Part shown: piece after piece, positions 16,805 to 27,153 of the stretch
Position numbering within the stretch: the stretch's first letter is position 1
How the letters are laid out: each line of letters begins with the position of its first letter
Assembly (NCBI GenBank): GCA_944382895.1
Contig: CALWNV010000001.1
Span: 849-64,848, forward strand
Reading direction: 5' to 3'
Source of the DNA: an uncultured Clostridia bacterium
GTDB lineage: Bacteria; Bacillota; Clostridia; Oscillospirales; UBA644
Length of the DNA stretch: 64,000 nt
Notes under the pieces: generated by a model
Database searches by the model: none
Seen by the model: only the letters and a program-made list of their open reading frames with translations
What the model was told of the DNA's origin: nothing
Translations under genes and position numbers: made by a program

Positions 16805-18089
16805 CGTTATCGGCGCTGGATTTGCGGGGAGTGAAGCCGCATATCAACTTGCAAAAAGAGGAGTAAAAGTTACTCTTTACGAAATGAAACCGAAAAAAAA
16901 GACCCCCGCACATTCATCAGATTCTTTTTGTGAGTTGTGCTGTTCAAACTCTTTCCGGGCCGAAGGGCTTAGGAATGCCGTCGGTCTTTTGAAAGAAGAG
17001 ATGAGATATCTTGACAGCATTGTAATGAAATGCGCGGACAAGACACGTGTTCCCGCCGGAGGAGCGCTTGCAGTAGACAGAAAAGCCTTTTCGGAAGCGG
17101 TAACTTATGAATTAAGACAAAATCCTAATATAGAAATTGTCGAAAAAGAAATTTCCTCTCTTGATTTCGAGGAAAACACAATAGTTGCCACAGGCCCTTT
17201 GACAAGCGATATATTATCAAAAGAAATAGAATCTCTGTTAGGCGTAAACTATCTTTATTTTTTTGATGCAGCCGCTCCTGTTATAACAGCGGAAAGCATA
17301 GATATGACAAAAGCTTTTTTTGCCTCACGCTACGGAAAAGGAACGCCCGATTATATAAATTGTCCTATGACAAAAGAAGAATATGATGTTTTTTATAAAG
17401 CCCTTATCACTGCAGAAAAAGTAAAACTTCACGGTTTTGAAAACAATAAGGTCTTTGAGGGTTGCATGCCTGTTGAAGAAATGGCGGCTCGAGGACACGA
17501 CACATTGCTTTTCGGGCCACTGAAACCAGTAGGTCTTTTCGATCCCAGAACAAAAATCAAACCAACAGCTGTAGTTCAGCTTCGCAGAGATAACGCTGCG
17601 GCATCGCTTTATAATCTCGTAGGGTTTCAAACACATCTCACTTTTAAAGAACAAAAGAGAGTTTTTTCGCTTATTCCAGGGCTTGAGAGCGCAGAATTTG
17701 TCAGATACGGCGTGATGCACCGAAATACATTTATAAACTCACCGGAGCTTCTTACAAACACTTATTCCCTCAAGAAAAAACCGGGGCTCTTTTTTGCGGG
17801 GCAAATGACAGGGGTCGAGGGATACATAGAAAGCGCGGCATCGGGATTAGTGGCCGGAATAAACGCAGATCCAGACAGACAAAAACCTTTTGTATTCCCC
17901 CGGGAAACCGCTATAGGGGCTTTGGCTCATTATATTTCATCCGCAGAAAAAGAAACCTTTCAGCCCATGAACATTAACTTCGGGCTTATTCCTCCGCTTG
18001 AACAAAAAAGTAAAAAGCTTAAAAAAAGCGATAAATACGAACTCATATCACAAAGAAGTTTAGAAATAATAAAGAGGTTAGAACTATGA
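16791..18089 (+). CDS. trmFO: Methylenetetrahydrofolate--tRNA-(uracil-5-)-methyltransferase TrmFO (Gid)
   Basis: The protein starts [24 protein letters not shown] (FAD-binding GxGxxG). Conserved topA-trmFO synteny. It overlaps the topA 3' end by 14 nt. Confidence 0.9.
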   Translation: MKKVNVIGAGFAGSEAAYQLAKRGVKVTLYEMKPKKKTPAHSSDSFCELCCSNSFRAEGLRNAVGLLKEEMRYLDSIVMKCADKTRVPAGGALAVDRKAFSEAVTYELRQNPNIEIVEKEISSLDFEENTIVATGPLTSDILSKEIESLLGVNYLYFFDAAAPVITAESIDMTKAFFASRYGKGTPDYINCPMTKEEYDVFYKALITAEKVKLHGFENNKVFEGCMPVEEMAARGHDTLLFGPLKPVGLFDPRTKIKPTAVVQLRRDNAAASLYNLVGFQTHLTFKEQKRVFSLIPGLESAEFVRYGVMHRNTFINSPELLTNTYSLKKKPGLFFAGQMTGVEGYIESAASGLVAGINADPDRQKPFVFPRETAIGALAHYISSAEKETFQPMNINFGLIPPLEQKSKKLKKSDKYELISQRSLEIIKRLEL

Positions 18090-19078
18090 AAATCATTGTA
18101 GACGGAATGGGCGGAGACAACGCGCCTCTCGCTGTTTTACAGGGTTGCGCACAAGCAGTGACCGAATACGGCGTGGAAATTATAATAACCGGAAAAAAAC
18201 AAGAACTTGAGCGTCTGATGGAAGAAAACGAAATTTCCCGTCAAAACATCTCTATCATCGACGCTCCGACAGTAATTTCCATGGAAGACGATCCTATTTC
18301 TGTTGTAAAAGACAAAAGAAATTCCTCAATGGGCCTCGCGTTTGATCTGCTTAAGAACGGAGACGGCGACGCAATGCTCAGCGCCGGGAACACCGGAGCA
18401 TTGCTTACAGGAGCCACCCTAATTGTTAAAAGAATAGACGGGGTGAAAAGAGCGGCTCTCGCTCCTGTCATTCCGAATAAAAGCGGTCTCGTGATGCTTA
18501 TCGACAGCGGAGCAACAGTAGACTGCAGGCCGGAGTTCCTTGAGCAATACGGCCTTATGGGTTCTGTTTATATGAAAAAAATGTATGATATTACAAACCC
18601 GCGTGTAGGGTTAGCAAATAACGGGACTGAAGACTGCAAGGGAACAGACCTGTATATTGCGTCCAACAAGCTTCTACGTGAAAACAAAAATATAAATTTC
18701 GTAGGGAATGTTGAAGGCAGAGGACTTATGCTTGGAGAATGCGATGTCTATGTTTCTGACGGATTTACCGGAAATCTTATTCTCAAAACAGTCGAAGGAA
18801 CTTCTCTGTTCTTTCTTGATTTTATGAAAAAACTTTTCGGAAAAAGTATCATCTCAAAACTTGCGGCGGTTTTGGTAATGAAAGACATCAAAGCCTTTAA
18901 AAAGAAATCCGATTATAAAGAGATAGGCGGAGCTGCTCTTCTTGGGATTTCCAAACCTGTCATAAAAGCGCATGGGAGCAGTGATGCAAAAGCGATAAAA
19001 AATGCGATAAACCAAGCAAAAATATTTGCATCCTCTGAAATAATTGAAGAAATTTCGGAAAATATAAAACAGAGGTGA
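18086..19078 (+). CDS. plsX: Phosphate acyltransferase PlsX
   Basis: [14 protein letters not shown]... and GNTGALL motifs. Length is 330 aa. Confidence 0.9.
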   Translation: MKIIVDGMGGDNAPLAVLQGCAQAVTEYGVEIIITGKKQELERLMEENEISRQNISIIDAPTVISMEDDPISVVKDKRNSSMGLAFDLLKNGDGDAMLSAGNTGALLTGATLIVKRIDGVKRAALAPVIPNKSGLVMLIDSGATVDCRPEFLEQYGLMGSVYMKKMYDITNPRVGLANNGTEDCKGTDLYIASNKLLRENKNINFVGNVEGRGLMLGECDVYVSDGFTGNLILKTVEGTSLFFLDFMKKLFGKSIISKLAAVLVMKDIKAFKKKSDYKEIGGAALLGISKPVIKAHGSSDAKAIKNAINQAKIFASSEIIEEISENIKQR

Positions 19079-19087
19079 TTTTTATCC

Positions 19088-19318
19088 ATGATCGAGCAGG
19101 TATATGATATAATCAACGATATTTTTGAGCCATCCTGTGAGCTTTCAGAACACACACTGTTTGACGAAGATCTTTTTGCAGACGAACAAGATATGCAGGA
19201 GCTTTTTCTGATAATTGAAGAAGAATTCGACATTCTTACCGACGATGACGATATAAAAAAAATACTGACTGTAGGAGATCTGGTCAATTATATCAACGAA
19301 TGTAAGGAAAAATTCTGA
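19088..19318 (+). CDS. Acyl-carrier-protein homologue lacking the phosphopantetheine-attachment serine (DLFADEQD instead of DLGADSLD)
   Basis: 76 aa, very acidic, with the ACP C-terminal motif TVGDLVNYI. It sits in the canonical plsX-acpP-rnc slot. Codon 33 (19184-19186) is GAA (Glu) where ACPs have the modified Ser. Confidence 0.75.
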   Translation: MIEQVYDIINDIFEPSCELSEHTLFDEDLFADEQDMQELFLIIEEEFDILTDDDDIKKILTVGDLVNYINECKEKF

Positions 19319-19995
19319 TGGATGCCCTTATAAAACTTGAAGAAAAAATAAAATACGACTTTTCCGACAAAGAACTTCTGCTTACCGCACTTACACATTC
19401 ATCATACCACAATGAGCATAAAAAAGACAGCGAATGCAATGAACGGTTGGAATTTCTTGGGGATTCCGTATTATCCGTAATTTGTTCCGAGTTTCTTTAT
19501 TCAAAAGCAAAAGGGGACGAAGGCGACCTCTCCCGCTTACGTGCGGCTCTGGTATGTGAGGAAGCTTTATGCGAATACGCGTCGGAAATAGGACTGGGAA
19601 CATACATATATCTGGGCAAAGGCGAGCAAAAAGGAGGAAGGATGCGTCCGTCAATTTTAGCGGATGCGACCGAAGCCCTTTTAGGGGCAATATATTTAGA
19701 CGGAGGTCTTAGACACGCAAAAAAATTTATTCTTCCGTTTTTGAAAGAAAAATATTCCTCAATCAGGAACGCAAGAGATTATAAATCCATTCTGCAAGAA
19801 GTCATACAGAAAAACCCCGGTGAAAAACTTTCTTATTCAATAGTTTCCGAACAGGGACCGGCTCATGACAGAGTCTTTGTCTGTGCCGCTTATATAAACT
19901 CCAACGAAATGACAACAGGAACAGGGAAAACCAAAAAAGCCGCCGAACAGGAAGCTGCAAAGAACTTGCTCTCTGTCATGGGTATTTCAACATGA
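19318..19995 (+). CDS. rnc: Ribonuclease III
   Basis: ERLEFLGDSVL catalytic signature and a C-terminal dsRBD (GKTKKAAEQEAA). Confidence 0.92.
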   Translation: MDALIKLEEKIKYDFSDKELLLTALTHSSYHNEHKKDSECNERLEFLGDSVLSVICSEFLYSKAKGDEGDLSRLRAALVCEEALCEYASEIGLGTYIYLGKGEQKGGRMRPSILADATEALLGAIYLDGGLRHAKKFILPFLKEKYSSIRNARDYKSILQEVIQKNPGEKLSYSIVSEQGPAHDRVFVCAAYINSNEMTTGTGKTKKAAEQEAAKNLLSVMGIST

Positions 19996-20996
19996 AGCAT
20001 GCATCTATACCTCTTTTTATCCCCCACCTCGCTTGTAAAAACGATTGCATTTTCTGTAACCAAAAAAGGATTGCCGGTACAGTTGTTCCGCCCTCGGATC
20101 CATACGGTTTTTTTACCTCGGCCCTAAAAAACATTCATAAAGACTTTACAAAAACAGATCTTGCCTTTTTCGGGGGAAGTTTTACAGGCCTTGAAGAAAA
20201 AGACATGATTTTTTACCTTGACGCTGCCGCGCGTGTAAAAAAAGAGAATCCTTCGGTTACAGGTATACGGCTTTCTACTCGCCCGGACTATATCTCGGAA
20301 AAAATATTGAATACCCTCGCCATGTACGGAGTGTCGACAATAGAGCTCGGCGCTCAAAGCATGAATGATGACGTTCTTAAACGTTCAAACAGAAACCATT
20401 CAAGTGCCGATACCGAAAAGGCAGCACTCATGATAAAAAACCACGGGTTTGAGCTTGTGCTTCAATTTATGCCGGGTCTGCCCGGCGATACAGATGAAAC
20501 AATTCTTATTACCGCGGAAAAAATTGCAAGGCTCAAGCCTGACGCAGTAAGAATATATCCCTGTGTAGTAATAAAAGACACCGCGCTGGAAGACGAATAT
20601 TTTGCCGGCAATTTCACGCCTCTTTCAACAAAACACGCGGTTGAACTGTGCGCAAACATGGTTTTACTATTTGAAAGGCACAATATAAATATAATACGGA
20701 TAGGGTTACACTCATCGGACCTAATGAAAAACCAAAGCGTTGTGGCAGGCCCGTTTCATCCGGCATTCGGCGAATTGGTATTTCAAAGAATTTTTTATCT
20801 TAACGCATTAAAACTTATCTCTTTGGATCCACCGAAAGAAAATACCGTATTATATGTGGCTCCGGGAAACACTTCTAAAATGACAGGCCGGAAAAAAGAA
20901 AACCTTATTCTTTTGCAAAAGACTTTCAAAGTATCTTTTTCTGTAAAAGAATGTCCATCGCTTAAAAAATATGATATTAAGAGAGGTCCCCGATGA
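19992..20996 (+). CDS. Radical SAM protein (ELP3-like / Radical_SAM_C family)
   Basis: CKNDCIFCNQ matches the CX3CX2C cluster motif near the N-terminus. It is translationally coupled to rnc. Confidence 0.75.
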   Translation: MKHASIPLFIPHLACKNDCIFCNQKRIAGTVVPPSDPYGFFTSALKNIHKDFTKTDLAFFGGSFTGLEEKDMIFYLDAAARVKKENPSVTGIRLSTRPDYISEKILNTLAMYGVSTIELGAQSMNDDVLKRSNRNHSSADTEKAALMIKNHGFELVLQFMPGLPGDTDETILITAEKIARLKPDAVRIYPCVVIKDTALEDEYFAGNFTPLSTKHAVELCANMVLLFERHNINIIRIGLHSSDLMKNQSVVAGPFHPAFGELVFQRIFYLNALKLISLDPPKENTVLYVAPGNTSKMTGRKKENLILLQKTFKVSFSVKECPSLKKYDIKRGPR

Positions 20997-21673
20997 AAAA
21001 ACATCTTGTTTTCGGACTTGCGCTTGTCTCGCTTATAATTTTTCAATCATTCAAGCTTCCGTCCTCAGAAACTTTACGCATAGATCTTACTCCTGATTTT
21101 CTTGGATTCATCCTGATATATCTCGGGCTTGAAAAGATTTCTTACAGACACAGATTTCTCCGGGAACTGTCTTCCATTGCAGTATTTTTCGCAGTGATTT
21201 CTTTTCTGACATTTGCCGCCCAACTTGCCCCCATCTATGCAACGGCCTTTACAGGAGAGCTTAAGTTTATAGCGGTTGTTGTAGCATGGATAGCTTCTCT
21301 GTACGAAAAATTTGAATTTATGTTCTTGGCGGTTTATATGCTTTATATAGCGATATTTTGCATCGCATTTGCGAGAGAAACTTGGGAAAAGGTCAGCATT
21401 GCCCCGAAAACCCGTGTATTTTCAAAGAAAAACCAATATGGCGATACTATTTATTCCAGCATGGCTTACCGACTTTTTTTCTGGCTCTCGATCTGCTTTT
21501 CTGTTTTGTTTTTTGCAGCGACCGGGTTTTGCGTATTCTATTGTTTTACTGAAATAAACATATATATTCTTGGCATTGAAACAGGTCTATGGATAATTTT
21601 ACTTCCTGTAAGTATTTTATTTGTCATATATGAAAACACAACCGTAAACATGCTGAAAAATGACTCGGAATAA
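20993..21673 (+). CDS. Hypothetical polytopic membrane protein
   Basis: About 6 hydrophobic helices. The ATGA overlap with the upstream gene suggests coupling. Confidence 0.6.
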   Translation: MKKHLVFGLALVSLIIFQSFKLPSSETLRIDLTPDFLGFILIYLGLEKISYRHRFLRELSSIAVFFAVISFLTFAAQLAPIYATAFTGELKFIAVVVAWIASLYEKFEFMFLAVYMLYIAIFCIAFARETWEKVSIAPKTRVFSKKNQYGDTIYSSMAYRLFFWLSICFSVLFFAATGFCVFYCFTEINIYILGIETGLWIILLPVSILFVIYENTTVNMLKNDSE

Positions 21674-21705
21674 CACATCCGTCATATAAAACGGAGGATG
21701 ATATT

Positions 21706-22302
21706 GTGCAAACAAAAAAACTCTCCGTCCAGAACGCGATTATAGACGCTGCGGCGGAAGAATTCTTCAAATACGGGTTTCGCGGGGCATCAATGCGTCG
21801 CATGGCAAAAAACGCAGGAACAGGGATAGGAAACTTTTATAATTATTTTAAGGGAAAAAACGAAATATTTGCGTATATCGTCTCCGAACAATACGCAAAA
21901 ACACAAATTATTATCTCCCGGACCGTATCAGAAAAACCGGAGATAGATTTCAACAGTATACGAGATATCCGTTTATTCTGTCAGGAATTTCGACATTGGC
22001 TGATGCGGGCGGAACCTTTGTTCAACAGAAAAATGTTTCTTTTGCTCGCAAGGAGCGAAGGGACCCCCTTTCAATCCGTGAAAGATGAAATAGTTACAGG
22101 GCTCACCCAAATATTTACTTCATTTTTTGATTTTCGAAAAAACGCCGAGATTGTTCCTCCTTCGCTTTTTTTCGAGCATATAATAAATAACCTTATTCAA
22201 ATAGCGGAAAATCAGTATAAATCAGCGCACGTCCGTCAAATAGCATTTAACCATTTTTACTCTTCGTGTCTGGGATATATACTTTGTTCGATAAATATAT
22301 AA
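21706..22302 (+). CDS. TetR/AcrR-family transcriptional regulator
   Basis: GTG start after RBS GGAGGA. N-terminal HTH: FFKYGFRGASMRRMAKNAGTGIGNFYNYF. Confidence 0.8.
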   Translation: MQTKKLSVQNAIIDAAAEEFFKYGFRGASMRRMAKNAGTGIGNFYNYFKGKNEIFAYIVSEQYAKTQIIISRTVSEKPEIDFNSIRDIRLFCQEFRHWLMRAEPLFNRKMFLLLARSEGTPFQSVKDEIVTGLTQIFTSFFDFRKNAEIVPPSLFFEHIINNLIQIAENQYKSAHVRQIAFNHFYSSCLGYILCSINI

Positions 22303-22323
22303 AAAATCAGGGATGGTATTGAT

Positions 22324-23511
22324 ATGGACTTTTCTAACAGGATCGCTTCACTTAAACCCTCGGCTATACGTGAGATATTCAAAGTTCTCGGAGACAAATC
22401 AATTATATCGTTTGCTGGAGGTAACCCTGATCCGGCAACATTTCCGGCAAAAGAAATGGGGGATATTGCCGGAGAATTGTTCCGGACCCGCCCGGAAGAC
22501 GCTTTGCAATACAGTATAACAGAAGGCTATCCCCCTCTTCGCAAACAGCTTTCTGAAAGGATGAAGATAAAATTCGGAATAGGCAGGGAATTTGACGAAA
22601 CGATAATAGTTACAGGCGGTCAACAGGGTCTGGATTTAACCTGTAAAGTTCTTTGCAACGAGGGAGATGTCGTTATTTGCGAAGAGCCGTCATTCATAGG
22701 CGCGCTAAATTGCTTCAGGGCAACCGGCGCGAACCTTGCGGGAATCGAAATGGAACCGGACGGAATGAACATTGAAAAGCTTGAACATGTACTGAAAACA
22801 GAAAAACGCGCAAAAATGATATACATCATTCCCACTTTTCAAAACCCTATGGGGATAACAACATCGGAAAAAAAACGAGAGCAGATATATTTTCTTGCAA
22901 AAAAATACGGCGTTATCATACTTGAGGATAATCCCTACGGGGAACTCAGGTTTGCCGGGGAAGATATACCAACACTCAAATCACGCGACGAAAACGGAAT
23001 CGTCATATATTGCAGTTCGTTTTCAAAAATACTTTCTCCCGGCATGAGAATGGGATATGTTTGCGCGCCTAAGCCTATAATTGAAAAAATGGTTGTGGCA
23101 AAACAAGTAAATGATGTCCATACAAACATTTTTTTCCAAATGACGGTAAGCGAATATCTTTCAAGGGAAAATATTGATCTGCATATAGAAGAAAACAGAA
23201 AAATATATAAAGAAAAAGCAGGTCGGATGCTTTCAAAAATGGATGAAACTTTCCCGGAAGACGTTACATATACGCGGCCTGAGGGAGGCCTGTTTATTTG
23301 GTGTGATTTGGGACACGGAATAAACACAAATGAATTTTCCGTCAAACTTCTTCAAAAAAAAGTCGCAGTCGTCCCTGGCTCCGCATTCCTATGTAATGAA
23401 AACGCCGTATCTTCGGCAATACGGCTCAATTATTCTATGCCTTCATACGATCAGATAGACCTTGGGATAAGCAAGATAGCGGAACTTATAAAAGAGGAAA
23501 TTGGCCGATAA
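22324..23511 (+). CDS. PLP-dependent aminotransferase, class I/II fold (LysN / aromatic aminotransferase-like)
   Basis: N-terminal SLKPSAIREIF motif and PLP-lysine motif SFSKILSPGMRMGY. Confidence 0.8.
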   Translation: MDFSNRIASLKPSAIREIFKVLGDKSIISFAGGNPDPATFPAKEMGDIAGELFRTRPEDALQYSITEGYPPLRKQLSERMKIKFGIGREFDETIIVTGGQQGLDLTCKVLCNEGDVVICEEPSFIGALNCFRATGANLAGIEMEPDGMNIEKLEHVLKTEKRAKMIYIIPTFQNPMGITTSEKKREQIYFLAKKYGVIILEDNPYGELRFAGEDIPTLKSRDENGIVIYCSSFSKILSPGMRMGYVCAPKPIIEKMVVAKQVNDVHTNIFFQMTVSEYLSRENIDLHIEENRKIYKEKAGRMLSKMDETFPEDVTYTRPEGGLFIWCDLGHGINTNEFSVKLLQKKVAVVPGSAFLCNENAVSSAIRLNYSMPSYDQIDLGISKIAELIKEEIGR

Positions 23512-23528
23512 GGAAAGGAAACATATAT

Positions 23529-24530
23529 ATGACGACAGACGGCAAAAAAACCATCTTAAGCGGAATCAAACCTACCGGTAATCTTAATATCGGAGGATAC
23601 TTAGGTGCAGTTAAAAACTGGGTTGAACTTCAAAATGAATACAACTGTTTTTACTGTATAGCGGATCTTCATGCGCTTACAATACGTATAGATCCTTCCA
23701 TGCTTAGAAAAAATGCTTTGGAACTTTTTGCTCTTTATATTGCCTGTGGGATAGACCCTGAAAAAAATATATTGTTTTTTCAGAGCCACGTGTCTCAACA
23801 TTCTGAACTTTCGTGGGTTCTTGACTGTTACACAATGTTTGGAGAACTCTCACGCATGACGCAGTTCAAGGATAAATCAGCGAAAAACACACAAAATGTG
23901 AACGCGGGATTATTTACATACCCTGTATTGATGGCAGCTGATATTCTGCTTTATCAGGCAGACCTTGTCCCCGTAGGAGAAGATCAACGGCAGCATCTTG
24001 AAATATGCAGAGATATCGCCTCACGCTTTAACTCTGTTTACGGTGAAGTTTTTACTCTTCCCGAAGCGTATACACCTAAAGTCGGGGCCAGGATAAAATC
24101 TTTGACATCTCCCACACAAAAAATGTCAAAAAGTGACGATGATGAAAACGGAACCATCAATCTCCTTGACAACAAAGACACTGTTATCCGAAAATTTAAA
24201 AAAGCCGTCACGGACAGCCAGGCTTGCGTAAAGTTTTCCGAGGGGAAAGACGGAATCAACAACCTTATCACCATATATTCTGCGGTCACGGGAAAAACTT
24301 TCACGGAGATTGAAAACGAATTCAGCGGTCGCGGATACGGAGAATTCAAGCTTACCGTAGGAGAAGCAGTCGCGGATATGCTTTCGCCCATTCAGGAAAA
24401 ATATAAAACCCTTATTTCGGACAAAGCACAGCTTGAAAAAATATACAGAAACGGCGCGGATAAAGCCAGATACACAGCAAATAAAACTCTCTCTAAAGTC
24501 TACAGAAAGGTCGGGCTGGTTTCCAGATGA
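23529..24530 (+). CDS. trpS: Tryptophan--tRNA ligase
   Basis: SGIKPTGNLNIGGYLGA (HIGH-region equivalent), KMSKSD motif, 333 aa. Confidence 0.92.
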   Translation: MTTDGKKTILSGIKPTGNLNIGGYLGAVKNWVELQNEYNCFYCIADLHALTIRIDPSMLRKNALELFALYIACGIDPEKNILFFQSHVSQHSELSWVLDCYTMFGELSRMTQFKDKSAKNTQNVNAGLFTYPVLMAADILLYQADLVPVGEDQRQHLEICRDIASRFNSVYGEVFTLPEAYTPKVGARIKSLTSPTQKMSKSDDDENGTINLLDNKDTVIRKFKKAVTDSQACVKFSEGKDGINNLITIYSAVTGKTFTEIENEFSGRGYGEFKLTVGEAVADMLSPIQEKYKTLISDKAQLEKIYRNGADKARYTANKTLSKVYRKVGLVSR

Positions 24531-24964
24531 ACAATGTAACCATGACCGTAAAAAGGCCAAAAATAAGAAACCTTATCAGGCAACTTGTTTTTGCCGCATT
24601 GACTGCTGCGTGTGTTTTGGGTATTGCGGCGCTGTATATACAACAACCCAAAACTGATTTTTATAAAATATTGTGTGTTGTTTTATTTTCATTTTTTTCC
24701 ATTGCTCTTGCCTTTACCCTTACCGCTTTTCTCAATGCGGTACGAAACCTTTTTTCCGGACCGACAGTTATTCTGACAAATAAAAAAATCAATGTTTTTT
24801 ATTACGGTGATATTTTGCTGTCTGATATTACCGGGATCACAGTCGATAAAAATGAAAAGACCATGTGTGTTACTTTAGTTTCGGGAAAAGAAATAACGAT
24901 AAAAAAAATGTGGGTAGATATTCCGCTTGAAACGCTGAAATATGCAATAAGTATAAGAGTATGA
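24527..24964 (+). CDS. Hypothetical membrane protein (two TM helices plus a small C-terminal domain)
   Basis: Start and stop overlap with both neighbours. Two hydrophobic helices are present. Confidence 0.55.
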   Translation: MNNVTMTVKRPKIRNLIRQLVFAALTAACVLGIAALYIQQPKTDFYKILCVVLFSFFSIALAFTLTAFLNAVRNLFSGPTVILTNKKINVFYYGDILLSDITGITVDKNEKTMCVTLVSGKEITIKKMWVDIPLETLKYAISIRV

Positions 24965-27153
24965 ACATCGAAGGGATAATAGAAAAAATCATATATAAAA
25001 ATACCGACAACGGCTATACGGTTCTTGAAATGACCAGCGAAGGCAATTCCGTTGTGACTGTCGGCATTTTACCGCTTGTTGCGGAAGGAGAACTGATAAG
25101 CGTCGAAGGAGACTGGATAACTCACGCTTCTTATGGAAAACAGTTCTCCGTTTCGTCTTTTACAAGCAGCCTTCCCAAAACAGAAACTGCGATACTAAGA
25201 TATCTTTCATCAGGCATCGTACCCGGAATTCGTGCGAAAACCGCAAGAATCCTTGTAGAGGCTTTCGGGCCGGAAACGCTTGAAGTTATGGAAAATGACC
25301 CGTTACGGGTCGCACAGATCAAAGGGATAACTCCAGCAAAAGCAGAAAAGATATCTCAAAGCATGAAAGAAACTCTCGGGGTCAAATCTATCCTTCTTTA
25401 TTTTCAACAGTTCGGAATAACTCCTACGATTGCTTTTAAAATCTATAAACAATGGGGACTCAGCGCATATGACATTATAAAAAACAACCCTTACCGCCTC
25501 TGCCGTATCCCGGGTCTCGGATTTGAAAAAGTTGATGAGATCGCAGAAAAAATGGGCTGCGACAGAAACGATGAAAATCGCATACAAGCGGCTATCCTGT
25601 ATATTCTGGAATACAATCTGTACAACGGAGGACATACCTTTTTACCCAGACAGAAACTATGTATGTTGGCAGCGCAGATCCTTTCTTCAAAAGAACCGGA
25701 AATAACAAAAAACATCCAAACGCTTATAAATGAACAACTTCTTATTTACAAAGGAAAAATAGGAAATACGGACGGAATATACTTAAGCGATATATACGCC
25801 TCTGAAAAATTTATTGCGGAACGGATATGTCTCGCAGCCCGATTCAGCAATGAATATGACGGAGATTTTGAACATGACATCCGTATCATCCAACACGAGT
25901 TGGGAATTGATTTTACCGGAAATCAAAAATTAGCAATAAAAGAAGTATGCCGGCATAAACTTTCAGTTCTGACAGGAGGTCCCGGAACAGGGAAAACAAC
26001 CACTCTCAACGGAATAATCAGAGTCTTTGAAATGAAAGGGATATCTTATGCTTTAGCGGCGCCTACGGGACGAGCTGCTAAGCGCATGTCCGAAGTTACG
26101 GGAAGAGAAGCAAAAACTCTTCACCGACTTCTGGAATACAAAACACAAAACGGCGAAAATATATTTTTGAAATCACATAAAAACCAACTGGAATACAACG
26201 CCGTTATTGTTGATGAAAGCTCCATGGTAGATGTTCTTTTACTACGAGCTCTTTTTGACGCGATGCCGATAACAGCAAATCTAATACTTGTCGGAGATGC
26301 CGCTCAGCTCCCCCCCATAGGTCCGGGGAAAGCTTTTAAGGAGATCATTGAAAGTCATAAAGTTCCTGTAATAACACTCAATGAAATTTTTCGACAAGCT
26401 GAACAAAGCCTTATAGTAACAAACGCGCATCGTATCATTACCGGCGAAAACCCGATACTTAATGAAACAAAAAGAGATTTTTTCTTTCTGCCGGCAAAAA
26501 GTCCTGATGAACAATGCAAGCTTATCGCTTCTCTTTATGCAAACAGACTTCCGAACGCGTATGGTTATGATCCTATGACAGACATCCAGGTCCTTTCCCC
26601 CACGCGTAAAGGCGCAACAGGAACAACAGCGCTTAATGTTTATCTGCGTCAAATAATAAACCCGATAGATCACACAAAAAGAGAAACCATATTCAGGGGA
26701 ACTATATTCCGCGAAGGTGACAAAGTCATGCAGATACGCAACAATTATGATATAATAGGTGAAAAACCTAACGGAGAAGCTGAAGAGGGAGTTTTCAACG
26801 GAGATATCGGAATAATCGAAGAAGTAGATGCAAAAAAAGAATATATTATTGTCAATTATGATGACAAAAAAGTAACTTACACAACAGAAACTCTTGAAGA
26901 CCTGGAACCCGCTTATGCCGTAACAGTACATAAAAGCCAAGGCAGTGAGTTCAAAGCAGTTATCCTTTCTCTTCTGGAAGGCGCGGATATTCTTTTTACC
27001 AGAAATCTGCTATATACCGCCGTAACACGCGCAAGAGAAAATCTTATCATAGTAGGTTCTGCGCAAAGAGTTTTCAGTATGGTAAAAAATACGAGTAAAG
27101 ATAAAAGATTTTCCGGCCTTAAAAGCCTTATTTCCGAACAGCCATGGATCTAA
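24961..27153 (+). CDS. recD2: ATP-dependent RecD-like DNA helicase (RecD2, SF1B)
   Basis: Walker A GGPGTGKTT, VDESSMVD, SF1 C-terminal motifs (TVHKSQGSEF, YTAVTRAR), and an N-terminal OB/HhH region. Confidence 0.9.
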   Translation: MNIEGIIEKIIYKNTDNGYTVLEMTSEGNSVVTVGILPLVAEGELISVEGDWITHASYGKQFSVSSFTSSLPKTETAILRYLSSGIVPGIRAKTARILVEAFGPETLEVMENDPLRVAQIKGITPAKAEKISQSMKETLGVKSILLYFQQFGITPTIAFKIYKQWGLSAYDIIKNNPYRLCRIPGLGFEKVDEIAEKMGCDRNDENRIQAAILYILEYNLYNGGHTFLPRQKLCMLAAQILSSKEPEITKNIQTLINEQLLIYKGKIGNTDGIYLSDIYASEKFIAERICLAARFSNEYDGDFEHDIRIIQHELGIDFTGNQKLAIKEVCRHKLSVLTGGPGTGKTTTLNGIIRVFEMKGISYALAAPTGRAAKRMSEVTGREAKTLHRLLEYKTQNGENIFLKSHKNQLEYNAVIVDESSMVDVLLLRALFDAMPITANLILVGDAAQLPPIGPGKAFKEIIESHKVPVITLNEIFRQAEQSLIVTNAHRIITGENPILNETKRDFFFLPAKSPDEQCKLIASLYANRLPNAYGYDPMTDIQVLSPTRKGATGTTALNVYLRQIINPIDHTKRETIFRGTIFREGDKVMQIRNNYDIIGEKPNGEAEEGVFNGDIGIIEEVDAKKEYIIVNYDDKKVTYTTETLEDLEPAYAVTVHKSQGSEFKAVILSLLEGADILFTRNLLYTAVTRARENLIIVGSAQRVFSMVKNTSKDKRFSGLKSLISEQPWI

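Noticed and set aside
22313-22519. 68-aa ORF overlapping the start of the aminotransferase gene in another frame.
   Set aside because: The overlapping frame at 22324-23511 encodes a full-length conserved aminotransferase, and there is no independent support for the short ORF.
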